Shown: positions 21,638 through 31,615 of the stretch, one piece after another
How the letters are laid out: each line of letters opens with the position of its first letter
How positions within the stretch are numbered: position 1 is the first letter of the stretch
Assembly (NCBI GenBank): GCA_030018415.1
Contig: JASEGC010000001.1
Coordinates: 323,067-387,066 of the forward strand
Reading direction: 5' to 3'
Source: Candidatus Aenigmatarchaeota archaeon
GTDB lineage: Archaea; Aenigmatarchaeota; Aenigmatarchaeia; CG10238-14
DNA length: 64,000 nucleotides
Program-made: the position numbers and the translations under genes
The notes under the pieces: generated by a model
The model's input: only the letters and a program-made list of their open reading frames with translations
Told to the model about the DNA's origin: nothing
The model's database searches: none

Positions 21638-23107
21638 ATGAAAATACTACTTTTGAACCCATCATTCTTACCAAGATACACAAGAGCTTCGCGCAGCCCA
21701 TGCGTGGCACGAGGAGGTACTTTTTACTATCCTTATTTTTTGGCTTATGCCTGCGGGGTTTTAGAGAAAAATGGTTTTGACGGTAAAGTTAAGCTAGTAG
21801 ATGCTGTTGCTAATGAATGGGATCATAAAAAAACCGTAAGGTTTGTTAAATTTTTTGCTCCAAATTTAGTTGTTATTGATACGTCTACACCGAGCATATA
21901 CAATGACATAGAAGTTGCAACAAAGATTAAAAAAGCTTTACCAAAGGTTCACATCAACTTAGTTGGTACTCATCCTACAAGAGTAACAGATGAAACTTTT
22001 GGTTTGTCTAAAGCTATAGATTCAATCTGTAGAGACGAGTATGATTATACTTTAGTCGATTTAGCTAAAGCTATAGAAAAAGGTAAACCTTTAAAAGGAA
22101 TAAAAGGACTTTCCTTCAGGAAAGATGGAAAAATTATTCACAATGAACCGAGGGAAAGAATTAAAAATTTAGATGAACTACCATTTGTCTCAGAAGTCTA
22201 CGAAAAACACTTTGGAATAGGAGGAATTAAAAGATATTTCTATGCTTCTTTAAAACATCCACAAGTAACAATTTTAACAGCCAGAGGATGTCCTTTCAAC
22301 TGCTTATTTTGTAATATACCGTTCAAAGCTTCCTATAGGGCGAGATCTCCCAAAAATGTAATCGAAGAATTTGAGTATATCCAAACTGAATTGCCAGAAG
22401 TTAATGAAGTGATGATAGAAGACGACACCTTTCCTATATCAAAAGAAAGAACTTTGAAGGTTTGCAAGCTTTTGAAAGAAAGAGGAATTAAATTGACATG
22501 GTCCTGTAACGCAAGAGTAAACACCGATTTGGAAACTTTGAAAGCCATGAAAGAAAGTGGTTGTCGTTTGCTTTGTGTTGGTTTTGAGTCCCCAGTTCAA
22601 TCAGTTTTGGATGAAGTACACAAAAAAACAACTGCTGAAATGCAAATCAAGTTCATGAATGATTGTAGAAAAGTTGGTTTATTGGTTAACGGTTGTTTTA
22701 TCCTTGGGATGCCTGGAGATACGAAAGAAACTATAAGAGAAACGATAGAGTTTGCGAAAAAACTAAATCCAGATACAGCACAATTCTACTCGGCTTACGC
22801 TTATCCTGGAACAGAGATGTGGGATTGGGCAAAAGAAAACGGTTATTTAACTTCAGAGAGGTATGACGCTTTGCTAACAGAAGAAGGTTATCATAAAGGA
22901 AACATTAATCTTCCTGATCTACCGGCTGAGGAAGTTGATAGATTATGCAGAGAAGCTCTAAAGGAGTTCTATCTCAGGAAAGATTACATATTTTATAAGC
23001 TTAGTCAAATCATTACCAATTTTGATGAAGCCAGAAGGACATTGATGTCAGGAAGGTTTTTTTTCAAGCATATACTCCTACCACAACCACAGGCAGCATC
23101 TCCTTAA
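21638..23107 (+). CDS. Cobalamin-binding radical SAM enzyme (paralog 2)
   Basis: 489 aa; 'ARGCPFNCLFCNIP'; near-identical N-terminus to 26806-28278 ('LLLNPSFLPRYTRASRSPCVARGGTFY'). Confidence 0.8.
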   Translation: MKILLLNPSFLPRYTRASRSPCVARGGTFYYPYFLAYACGVLEKNGFDGKVKLVDAVANEWDHKKTVRFVKFFAPNLVVIDTSTPSIYNDIEVATKIKKALPKVHINLVGTHPTRVTDETFGLSKAIDSICRDEYDYTLVDLAKAIEKGKPLKGIKGLSFRKDGKIIHNEPRERIKNLDELPFVSEVYEKHFGIGGIKRYFYASLKHPQVTILTARGCPFNCLFCNIPFKASYRARSPKNVIEEFEYIQTELPEVNEVMIEDDTFPISKERTLKVCKLLKERGIKLTWSCNARVNTDLETLKAMKESGCRLLCVGFESPVQSVLDEVHKKTTAEMQIKFMNDCRKVGLLVNGCFILGMPGDTKETIRETIEFAKKLNPDTAQFYSAYAYPGTEMWDWAKENGYLTSERYDALLTEEGYHKGNINLPDLPAEEVDRLCREALKEFYLRKDYIFYKLSQIITNFDEARRTLMSGRFFFKHILLPQPQAASP

Positions 23108-23135
23108 GTATAAATTTTCTCAAGAGTACAATCTT

Positions 23136-24128
23136 TTGAAGAAAATGTTATCAGTCATAATCCCAGCTTACAACGCAGAAAAAACGATTGCTTCTACTAT
23201 TAAGGCTTTACTAGATCAGAATTACCCAAAAAATAAATATGAAATAATAATCGTTGACGATGGGTCTGTTGACAAAACAGTTGAAGTTGCTTCCCAGTTT
23301 CCAGTAAAAGTCATAAAGTTGAAACATAATGGTCCAGCCCATGCAAGGAACATGGGAGCAAAAAAAGCCAAGGGTAGTATTATTCTCTTCACAGACTCTG
23401 ATTGCATTCCCGATAAGAATTGGATTAGAGAAATGATAAAACCCCTTAAAAATTCTGGGGTCGTTGGAGTATCAGGGACTTACAAGACCTTGAATCAAGA
23501 TAAACTCATGGCAAGGTTTATTGGATATGAGATCGAGCAAAGACATGATAACATGAAAAAACTTAAGTATATCGATTTCGTGGGAACTTTCAGTGCCGCT
23601 TACAAAAAAGATATCTTCCTTAAGTTCGGTGGTTTTGATGAAAGGTTTAAAAAAGCTTCTGGTGAAGATCCTGAGTTATCGTTTAGGATTTCGAAAGCAA
23701 GCTTAAAGATGGTTTTTAATCCCAAAGCCTTTGTTTATCATCCCCACATCGATTCGTTCTGGAAATACCTAAAATGGAAATACGAAAGAGCTGTATGGAG
23801 AAACTTGATGTACTGGGAAAAACACAAAGAAAAAGTTTTTTCAGATAGTTATACTCCTAGGATGTTGTTACCACAAATTCTTTTATCTGGTTTGGTCGTT
23901 TTAGCATCTTTGATACCGATTCTACTCGGGCAAATATCTCTTATCTTCATTCCCCTTGTTCTACTCTTGGTTATAGCTTTCATTTTCAACTTAGATGTTA
24001 TCGTCTTTATTTGGAGAAGGGAAAAAAAGTTAGCCGTATTATCTCCGCTCGTATTTTTCTTCAGGAATATTTCTGTATTGGTAGGAGTAATCGTGGGAGT
24101 TTTAAAATTTTTATTCAAGAAGTTTTAA
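23136..24128 (+). CDS. Glycosyltransferase family 2 with C-terminal TM domain
   Basis: 'LSVIIPAYNAEKTI...IIIVDDGSVDKT...FTDSDC'; paralog of 25806-26801. Confidence 0.75.
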   Translation: MKKMLSVIIPAYNAEKTIASTIKALLDQNYPKNKYEIIIVDDGSVDKTVEVASQFPVKVIKLKHNGPAHARNMGAKKAKGSIILFTDSDCIPDKNWIREMIKPLKNSGVVGVSGTYKTLNQDKLMARFIGYEIEQRHDNMKKLKYIDFVGTFSAAYKKDIFLKFGGFDERFKKASGEDPELSFRISKASLKMVFNPKAFVYHPHIDSFWKYLKWKYERAVWRNLMYWEKHKEKVFSDSYTPRMLLPQILLSGLVVLASLIPILLGQISLIFIPLVLLLVIAFIFNLDVIVFIWRREKKLAVLSPLVFFFRNISVLVGVIVGVLKFLFKKF

Positions 24129-24159
24129 CAAACTTTGATTGTACTGAAAGGATGTTTAC

Positions 24160-25773
24160 TTAAACTATCTCATAAATGATATTTCCATCACAACCTCCTT
24201 GTTGTAAGCATTGTTCCAAAGATGGCCCATTTTCGTATATCTTTTTAAAGTGTTGTGGGTTGTCTTCTAAGAATTTTACAAAATCGATGTCATAATTTTC
24301 TGAAAAGTGCTGATTTCTATAGTCGATGCTGAACTTTTGAATGAATATATGAGTGATTCCATGTTGCTTCGCCACATCTACAGTATAGTTAACATCCCTA
24401 CTCAGAGCTATGTCAGGGATTGTACCTGTTCCCACAGCATTCCTTTGGCAGTTATACAAAGCTCTCCAGCCCCAAACAGTGTATAAGGAGACATTTTTAG
24501 GAGTGTTTTCCTTCACCCAGTTGCATGCCTCGAAGAAGATAGGTGAGAATTGTTTGACTCTAAACATCACATCGAGTTTTGATCTGACATTCTGATAACT
24601 GAAGAAAAATATAGCGAGAAAAACTACAAGTGCAATGTATTTTTGGTAGTTCTTTAAAAAATTATACAGTTCTGCAAAATAAACACCAGATACTAAGGCA
24701 AATACAGGGACCCAACCTAGAGTATTTCTGGCTGTGTCTTCAGCTCTATCAGTTGAGAAATAAAACATGACAAAAAACAGTAAGAGATAAATTGCGATGT
24801 AACTAGTTACATATCTCCTCTTTGAAAATAAAATTATTAATCCGCTAAAAGTACCTAATAAAATCAACCATATGTTACCGTAGGCGAAATCTAAATAGTT
24901 AACAATGCCCATACTATAAACACTTTGTTCTGTACCTACTTGTTCTACTCGACCAGCGAAATGATATTTTTCCTCGAATTCATCCGTGGAACATTTGCTG
25001 TTATCAAAAATATTTATGAGTGGTAAATCACGACAAAGTGGGTTGTTGAAATAGTAAATATTTCTTATGAGAAAAGTGCTTGGTATTAAAATAAGAATTG
25101 ATAGTAATATGGTGTATTTTTTAATGATGTTTGAGAACTTCTTTTTTATCATCAATTCGTAAAGAAGCCCGATCAAAACGAAAGGGTAGATTGCTAAACC
25201 AGATATATCAGTTAAGAAGGCAAGGCCACCAAAAATACCAGCTAAAATCAAAATTTTTTTGTTATCATCCTTCATCGCGATAAGAAACAAAAGAAAAAAT
25301 AGAGTAACATACAATGTATACAAAGTATCCGTATAAAACAAGACAGAGTAAGTAACAAGGGAAGGTATGGTCACTGAGAAAATAGCTGCGATAAGGCCAA
25401 CTTTTTCATTCCAAATTTTTTTGGTTAGCAGGTAGACGACTATACCGATTAAAAAAGTAGTGAATGGGGTTAAAAATTTAATTATACTATCTTCATGACC
25501 CAAAAGAAGAAAGAAACTCCCTTCCAACAAGTTAAACAAAGGAGGTCTTACGAACCCACCATAATTGAGTTTTGTTTCCCCCATTCCAGTTAAAACGGGG
25601 TATTCAACTTCTTCAGCCATATACTGGGCCATTCTGGTATGAAACCCTTCATCTCCAAAAGCTATAGGAGAGTTGAAAGTAACTTGCAACTTTAAAACCA
25701 GTATAATCGAAAGAAAAACCAATAAAATAATTATTTCCGGCCTTTTAATTTCAATCGTTATTTCCTTTTCCAT
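24160..25773 (-). CDS. Polytopic membrane protein (putative GT-C glycosyltransferase) with C-terminal extracytoplasmic domain
   Basis: 537 aa, more than 10 TM segments; lies between the two rSAM/GT2 modules. Confidence 0.4.
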   Translation of the reverse strand: MEKEITIEIKRPEIIILLVFLSIILVLKLQVTFNSPIAFGDEGFHTRMAQYMAEEVEYPVLTGMGETKLNYGGFVRPPLFNLLEGSFFLLLGHEDSIIKFLTPFTTFLIGIVVYLLTKKIWNEKVGLIAAIFSVTIPSLVTYSVLFYTDTLYTLYVTLFFLLFLIAMKDDNKKILILAGIFGGLAFLTDISGLAIYPFVLIGLLYELMIKKKFSNIIKKYTILLSILILIPSTFLIRNIYYFNNPLCRDLPLINIFDNSKCSTDEFEEKYHFAGRVEQVGTEQSVYSMGIVNYLDFAYGNIWLILLGTFSGLIILFSKRRYVTSYIAIYLLLFFVMFYFSTDRAEDTARNTLGWVPVFALVSGVYFAELYNFLKNYQKYIALVVFLAIFFFSYQNVRSKLDVMFRVKQFSPIFFEACNWVKENTPKNVSLYTVWGWRALYNCQRNAVGTGTIPDIALSRDVNYTVDVAKQHGITHIFIQKFSIDYRNQHFSENYDIDFVKFLEDNPQHFKKIYENGPSLEQCLQQGGCDGNIIYEIV

Positions 25774-25805
25774 GCTTCCACTTCTAATGAATTTTAAAAA
25801 TACAG

Positions 25806-26801
25806 TTATACTAATTTATCTCTTATGAAACTTAATAAACCAAACAACAACCCGCTTGCCCACACGAATCCCCTTATAAAAAATAAGAATGCAATAAGAA
25901 TAGCAACTTTGTAATCCTTTTTTTTCAACGGAATTACAGTAGCTGGTATATGGATGATTAAAAGCACAAATGAAAAAACGAGAAATAAGAATTTTGAAAT
26001 TAAAAGAGAGAACGGAAGTAAAATATACAAGAACGGTTGAATTAAGGTTGTTATTCCTGCGTATTCATCCCCTTTCATAAATTCAGGTCTTCTTAGGTAG
26101 AGGAGAACTCTCCAGAAAGCATGATTAAATTGTTTTTTGAAGTATTCTACCAGAGATTCAGGATGCTTATGCCACACGTATGTATTCTTCAAGAAAATCA
26201 GATGGTATCCACTCTTTATTATTCTATAGCTTAAGTCGTTATCTTCTGCAGATGCAGTTTTAAAACTAGTATCGAACCCTTTCAACTTCTCAAGAATATC
26301 ACGTCGATAAGCAGTGCTATAACTGGCTAAAAAATTTGTTTTTTCACTGATCTTATTATGTCTTTGTTCTATTTCATATCCAACAAACCTAGCAATCCAG
26401 GAATTTTTATTCCATGTTTGGTACTTTACGCCCACACCAGCGACTTTTTCATTCTCGAATGGTTTTAGTATGTTTTTTAACCAATTCTTCCCGACTTTAC
26501 AATCAGAATCAAGAAAGATTACTATTTTCCCTCTAGCTTTTTTCCATCCGAGGTTTCTAGCTTCGGCTGGGCCTTTGTGTCTTTGTTTTACTAGTTTTAT
26601 CGGATAATTCTTCACTATTCTCAGCGTATTATCTTTGCTTCCATCATCGATAACGATTATTTCCACTTTCTCCCTGAATTTCTTTCTTTGTTTTAATAAA
26701 GAGTCTAAGACTTCTCTTATCGTGCTTTCAGAATTATAAGTCGGGATAACTATTGATATCATTAATCTTAAATAACTATTCAAAATATTTGTTTTTATCA
26801 T
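25806..26801 (-). CDS. Glycosyltransferase family 2 with C-terminal TM domain
   Basis: 'ISIVIPTYNSESTI...IIVIDDGSKDNT...FLDSDC'; likely true start at the internal 'MISIVIPTYN'. Confidence 0.75.
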   Translation of the reverse strand: MIKTNILNSYLRLMISIVIPTYNSESTIREVLDSLLKQRKKFREKVEIIVIDDGSKDNTLRIVKNYPIKLVKQRHKGPAEARNLGWKKARGKIVIFLDSDCKVGKNWLKNILKPFENEKVAGVGVKYQTWNKNSWIARFVGYEIEQRHNKISEKTNFLASYSTAYRRDILEKLKGFDTSFKTASAEDNDLSYRIIKSGYHLIFLKNTYVWHKHPESLVEYFKKQFNHAFWRVLLYLRRPEFMKGDEYAGITTLIQPFLYILLPFSLLISKFLFLVFSFVLLIIHIPATVIPLKKKDYKVAILIAFLFFIRGFVWASGLLFGLLSFIRDKLV

Positions 26802-26805
26802 AAGA

Positions 26806-28278
26806 GTGGTATCAATGAGAATCTTATTACTTAACCCACCTTTTTTACCGAGATACTCTAGACAGAGTAGATCGCCTTGTGTGAGTAAAGGTGGTACCTT
26901 CTATTTGCCATATTATTTGGCATATGCGGCAGGAGCTTTGGAGAAATCAGGATTTTCTGATATTAAGCTCATGGATGCTATAGCAAAGAATTGGTCTCGT
27001 AAAGAAACGATAAATTTTATCAAGTCCTTTAATCCAGATTTGATAATTGTTGATACAAGTACTCCAAGCATCCATAATGATGTCGAAGTTGCAGCTGAGA
27101 TAAAAAAAGCTTTACCAAATTCTCATGTTAACCTAGTTGGGACCCATCTAACCAGAAAAACAGAAGAAACTTTTGGTTTATCAGAAGCTATAGATTCAAT
27201 TTGTAGAGGAGAATATGATTTTACCTTAGTTGAGCTAGCCGAAGCTATAGAAAGTGAAAAACCTCTAAGAGAGATTGAAGGCTTATCTTTCAGAGAAGAT
27301 GGGAAAATTTTTCATAATCCTGAAAGACCATTGCTTACTTCAAAAGAATTGGATGAATTACCGTTTGTTTCTGAAGTCTATAAAAAACACTTGAACATAT
27401 GGGATTACTTTTATGCGTCTCTACTCTACCCACAAGTCACCATCTTAACTGCAAGAGGATGTCCGTTTAGTTGTAGCTTCTGTAACATACCTTTCAAAAA
27501 TTCTTACAGACCTAGAAGTCCAGAGAATGTGGTTGATGAATTTGAATACATTCAAGATGAATTACCGGAAGTAAGAGAAGTTATGATAGAGGACGATACT
27601 TTTCCAGTTTCAAAGAGAAGAACCATCGAAATTTCTGATTTGTTGATTAAAAGGAAAATAAAGATTTCTTGGTCATGTAATGCAAGAGTCGATACAGATT
27701 ACGAAACTTTGAAAAGAATGAAAGATGCTGGTTGCAGGCTATTATGCGTGGGGTTCGAGAGTCCTGTTCAAAAAACTCTAAACACTGTTCATAAAAAAAC
27801 AACTGCTAGAATGCAATTAGAGTTTATGAAGAATTGCAACAAACTTGGTTTACTGGTTAATGGGTGTTTTATTCTTGGCTTACCAGGAGATACAGAGGAA
27901 ACTATAAAAGAAACGATAGAATTTGCAAAAAAACTTAATCCTGATACTGTTCAATTCTATCCTCTTTTCTTATACCCAGGAACGGAAGCCTGGGATTGGG
28001 CAGAAGAAAATGGGTATCTTGCCAGCAAAGATTACTCAGCTTTGTTAACTAGAGAAGGTAAACACTTAAGTAATGCAGATTTACCTGGTTTAAACCATCT
28101 AAGGGCTACTTATCTTTGTGATAAGGCATTGAGAGAGTTCTACCTTCGACCAAAATACATTTTTTACAAACTCTTTCAGATTCTTTCCAACTTAGGAGAA
28201 GCTCAAAGGACTTTTCTTTCAGCAAAAATTTTCTTCAAGAACTTAATTTCTCCTTCCGTCCAACAAGCGTCTCTTTAA
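26806..28278 (+). CDS. Cobalamin-binding radical SAM enzyme (paralog 3)
   Basis: 490 aa; 'ARGCPFSCSFCNIP'; likely true start at 'MRILLLNPP'. Confidence 0.8.
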   Translation: MVSMRILLLNPPFLPRYSRQSRSPCVSKGGTFYLPYYLAYAAGALEKSGFSDIKLMDAIAKNWSRKETINFIKSFNPDLIIVDTSTPSIHNDVEVAAEIKKALPNSHVNLVGTHLTRKTEETFGLSEAIDSICRGEYDFTLVELAEAIESEKPLREIEGLSFREDGKIFHNPERPLLTSKELDELPFVSEVYKKHLNIWDYFYASLLYPQVTILTARGCPFSCSFCNIPFKNSYRPRSPENVVDEFEYIQDELPEVREVMIEDDTFPVSKRRTIEISDLLIKRKIKISWSCNARVDTDYETLKRMKDAGCRLLCVGFESPVQKTLNTVHKKTTARMQLEFMKNCNKLGLLVNGCFILGLPGDTEETIKETIEFAKKLNPDTVQFYPLFLYPGTEAWDWAEENGYLASKDYSALLTREGKHLSNADLPGLNHLRATYLCDKALREFYLRPKYIFYKLFQILSNLGEAQRTFLSAKIFFKNLISPSVQQASL

Positions 28279-28683
28279 ATAATTTTTGGTAAAAATTTTC
28301 CGATTTTTCTTATTATTTGAGATAATTATTTCTTAACTTAAAAAATAATTTCTTGAGGAAAATTAACAACTCTTCTAAAAATGGAACAATTGCTATTTGT
28401 CTAAATTTTACTATATGAAAATTATTATTTGTTAGCATCCTTATAAAGTTGGGTTTAGTGAAAATTTCTTATGATCTTCAAAAAATGAACATAAAATCAA
28501 GTGTTAGTATTTAGTAATTCAACCGTAATGACAAATGCCCCGATAAAAATTAGCACTGGTAAATCATAAGTTAGAAAATAAAGCTAGAGGAACATACAAT
28601 GAAAAATTTGGATTGGTTGATTTTATCAATAAACTCGAAAAATTTTATGAAAAAACTTTTTGAAGGAATTTTAATTCTTTACA

Positions 28684-29199
28684 CTAAGAAATTTTTCTAA
28701 ACGCAAAAACCCAACCTGTAGCTATTGCTGGGGTCATCTTACCAAGCAAAATATCGACCAATAAAAAATTTTTATAGAATGGTAGGAATCCTAAACTTTC
28801 ACCGAACATCGGTCTAGGGTAAAAATCAATCAATTCAAATCCATATTTTTGTAATAAAATTTTGAATTCATTTGGTTTCCAATAGTGTTTGTGTTCTTCT
28901 AGTTTCAGAAATAAATTAAGAACCTCCCAAAAGGACGATTTATTCGGTATGCTTACTATTAGCAAACCATTGGATTTAAGATGATTATGAATTTTCTTTA
29001 AACTTTTATTGGGGTATTTTAAATGCTCTAAAATATCTAAAGCGAGAATTAAGTCAAACTTTTCTTTAAAATCAATTTTTACAATTTTTCTTGCAATGTT
29101 GAGTCTATCTTTGTTAACGTTAATGCCGATAACATTCCATTTTTCGCTTAAAATCAAAGTTAACAAACCACATCCGCAACCTATATCCAGAATTAACAC
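28684..29199 (-). CDS. Class I SAM-dependent methyltransferase
   Basis: 'MLILDIGCGCGLLTLIL' motif I; 'ILALDILEHL'. Confidence 0.7.
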   Translation of the reverse strand: MLILDIGCGCGLLTLILSEKWNVIGINVNKDRLNIARKIVKIDFKEKFDLILALDILEHLKYPNKSLKKIHNHLKSNGLLIVSIPNKSSFWEVLNLFLKLEEHKHYWKPNEFKILLQKYGFELIDFYPRPMFGESLGFLPFYKNFLLVDILLGKMTPAIATGWVFAFRKIS

Positions 29200-29549
29200 T
29201 AAATGATATTTGTACTAGTCTTAAAATAGCTGAGCCAAAAAAATTTTTGCAATTAAATCATTGCTTGCTATCAAATACATTTGATGGATTTGTAAACATC
29301 CGCAGGCATGTGCATCCACATCTTTGTCTAGCTAGTTGGAATTGTTCTGTAGTCGCTATTAATCCTTTTATGTATTTGGTAACTTCATTTCTAAAAGACA
29401 AAACCTTAGTTATTCGTTCAAGCTAACCCAGTAATGTAATGTTCTTTTCCCTTAGATGCTAACCTTCACACAACCTACATTCAAATCTACTCTCTCTATA
29501 CATTTTCTTATCTCAAGGTTGTCTGCCTTTACAAATTTATAATAAATTT

Positions 29550-30498
29550 TCATTCTAGGCATAAACCATTATAAATATTTCTTAATTTTTTTGCAATTAT
29601 TTTCCAGTCTAATTTTTCTTCCGCTGTTTTTCGTGCATTTCTTTCTATTTTCTTTCTAAGCATCTCATTATACAACAATTCAACTGTTGCTTCACCGAAC
29701 TTCTTTGGATTATTCGAAGTCAAAATGCCATTATGATAGTTTTCTATAATTTCTTTGGCAACACCAACATTACTTGCAACTACGGCTTTTCCGCTAGCTA
29801 AGTATTCGCCAAGTTTAACAGGACTTCTTGAGTGGTTAGCCAAATTATCCTTCATCGGTAGTACGACCACATCTGCAGCTCCGATGAATTCAGGTACCAA
29901 TTCCCTTCTTTTATGACCAACAAAAATTACATTTCTTTCAAGTTTTAATTTTTTAACTCGTTCAAAAAATTCTATTTTCCTCGGTCCATCTCCTACAATT
30001 ATTAATTTTGCAGGAAGATCATTTACAACATATTTCATAGCGTCTATAACTATATCTAAATCGCACGACTTGTAAAGAACACCAACAAAAACAATCAGAG
30101 GACAACTGAATTTATCTCTAATTTTTGAACCCTTATATTTCGGTTTAAAAAAATCAACATCAACTCCGTTTGGTATCAAGTACACTTTTGAATTAAATTT
30201 TTCGGCTATTTTTTTAGAAAAGTGGTAACTGTTACTATCGCATCGGCTTTTCTTACGCATGATATCTGGAATGAATCCAAAAAATCCCTGAGAAAGAATG
30301 GATCGAATTCAGCGAAGCCGCCTTCCCCCTCCCAATCGTCCCAATCGAGTATTAGCTTTGCACCCTTCAATTTTGAAATAACATAAGAAGGAATAAATGA
30401 ACTCAGCAAAGGTTTAAAACAATGTACAATATCATAATCTTTCATGAATTTTATAACTTTGTAGAAAATACCATGTGAAAGTGTTAAGTACAAACTTT
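29550..30498 (-). pseudogene. GT4 glycosyltransferase, frameshifted body (C-terminal and middle parts)
   Basis: ORFs 29550-30260 (GT4 C-terminal domain 'PLIVFVGVLYKSCDLD...AADVVVLPM') and 30206-30493 (middle part) overlap out of frame; upstream half separated by an IS insertion. Confidence 0.6.
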
Positions 30499-31361
30499 AG
30501 GGGTGTGCAAAATTACAACACACCCCAGCTCTAATTCTTATGTATGAACAAAGCCTATGAAATAGTTAGACTCTTGATAAATAAAAAGATTGTTCATGAA
30601 AAACATGGAAGAGGCAGAAAGGGCTACGGAGTACTGAGGAGGGTTAGACTTCTAGCGTATGCGATGCTCAAGAGGATACACACTGACAAGGGTTTGATAG
30701 AACACTTGAAGAAGAACCCAAGAGTAACGAGAATATTGGGATTCAAGACAATTCCACACAGAACAACTATAGGAAGGTGGAAGAACCATTCTGATGCATT
30801 AAAACAAACCTTCAACAGATTGAGTGACATGATTCAATCGATGATACCGACTGAGCTTCTGATAGTAGACTCGACTCCTCTAGAGGATGATGATCCTGAT
30901 GCAAGAGTAGGCTTCTACTCCAGAGGACCATTCAAGGGATTCAAGACTCATTCGAGCATTAACCAGGCTGGCATACCTTTGAGAGCAGAAGTGACAACAG
31001 GGAACAGACACGATTGTCCATTGCTGCCAAAGTTACTAGTCAAGTCAGTCCAAACTCTGGGGGATTCAGGATATGACAGTAAGAGTAACAGGAAGGCTAT
31101 CAGGAGCATTGGTAGCAAATCAATCATAGCCAAGAACAGAAGGAGGTCGAAGAAGAGGAGATGGGTGCCGAAGATTCTCAAGAAGAAACGATACATAGTT
31201 GAACAGTTCAATTCATTACTCAAAGAAGTTCTCAGAGAATGCTGGAAGAGGTTCAGAGGATTAGAGAAGAAAGCTTCAGTAGTCTACTCAGCGTTGATAT
31301 CGATACTGTTGATTGCTCTACAAGCGATGATAAGAAAGTTAATTAATTTTGCACACATCTA
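30499..31361 (+). mobile_element. IS5-family insertion sequence inserted into a GT4 gene
   Basis: Terminal inverted repeats 'gtgtgcaaaatta' at 30503-30515 and, reverse-complemented, 31344-31356. Flanked by 10-bp direct repeats 'tacaaacttt' (30489-30498, 31362-31371) consistent with a target-site duplication. Contains a transposase ORF. Confidence 0.6.
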
Positions 31362-31386
31362 TACAAACTTTTTAAATAGGGAGTGA
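30544..31386 (+). CDS. IS5-family DDE transposase
   Basis: 280 aa; 'LLIVDSTPLED', 'GDSGYDSKSNRKAI', 'YIVEQFNSLLK' match the IS5 D-D-E blocks; ORF runs slightly past the right IR. Confidence 0.65.
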   Translation: MNKAYEIVRLLINKKIVHEKHGRGRKGYGVLRRVRLLAYAMLKRIHTDKGLIEHLKKNPRVTRILGFKTIPHRTTIGRWKNHSDALKQTFNRLSDMIQSMIPTELLIVDSTPLEDDDPDARVGFYSRGPFKGFKTHSSINQAGIPLRAEVTTGNRHDCPLLPKLLVKSVQTLGDSGYDSKSNRKAIRSIGSKSIIAKNRRRSKKRRWVPKILKKKRYIVEQFNSLLKEVLRECWKRFRGLEKKASVVYSALISILLIALQAMIRKLINFAHIYTNFLNRE

Positions 31387-31549
31387 ATTTTATGTTTAAT
31401 TCTTCAAACCACTCTCCGGCATTATTACTCTTACTACCATCAAAAACTACTTCTACATCAAATTTCTTTGAAACATTTTTTGCCAAATTCAATATTCTTG
31501 TAGCATTTCCACTAGTTATATCAGAGTAAGACATCATGCAGATTTTCAA
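31362..31549 (-). pseudogene. N-terminal fragment of the IS-disrupted GT4 glycosyltransferase
   Basis: 68-aa ORF 'MKICMMSYSDITSGNATRILNLAKNVSKKFDVEVVFDG' (typical GT4 N-terminus) ends inside the IS right end. Confidence 0.55.
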
Positions 31550-31615
31550 GCTTTCACCTATAAAACATTAATAAAAGTAACATTCAAATATCAAAGTATA
31601 TCTTAAGGCATTGGC

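Noticed and set aside
28279-28683. 405-bp convergent intergenic region with a possible 33-codon ORF
   Set aside because: No structured or conserved features recognisable; probably terminator-rich spacer between convergent genes
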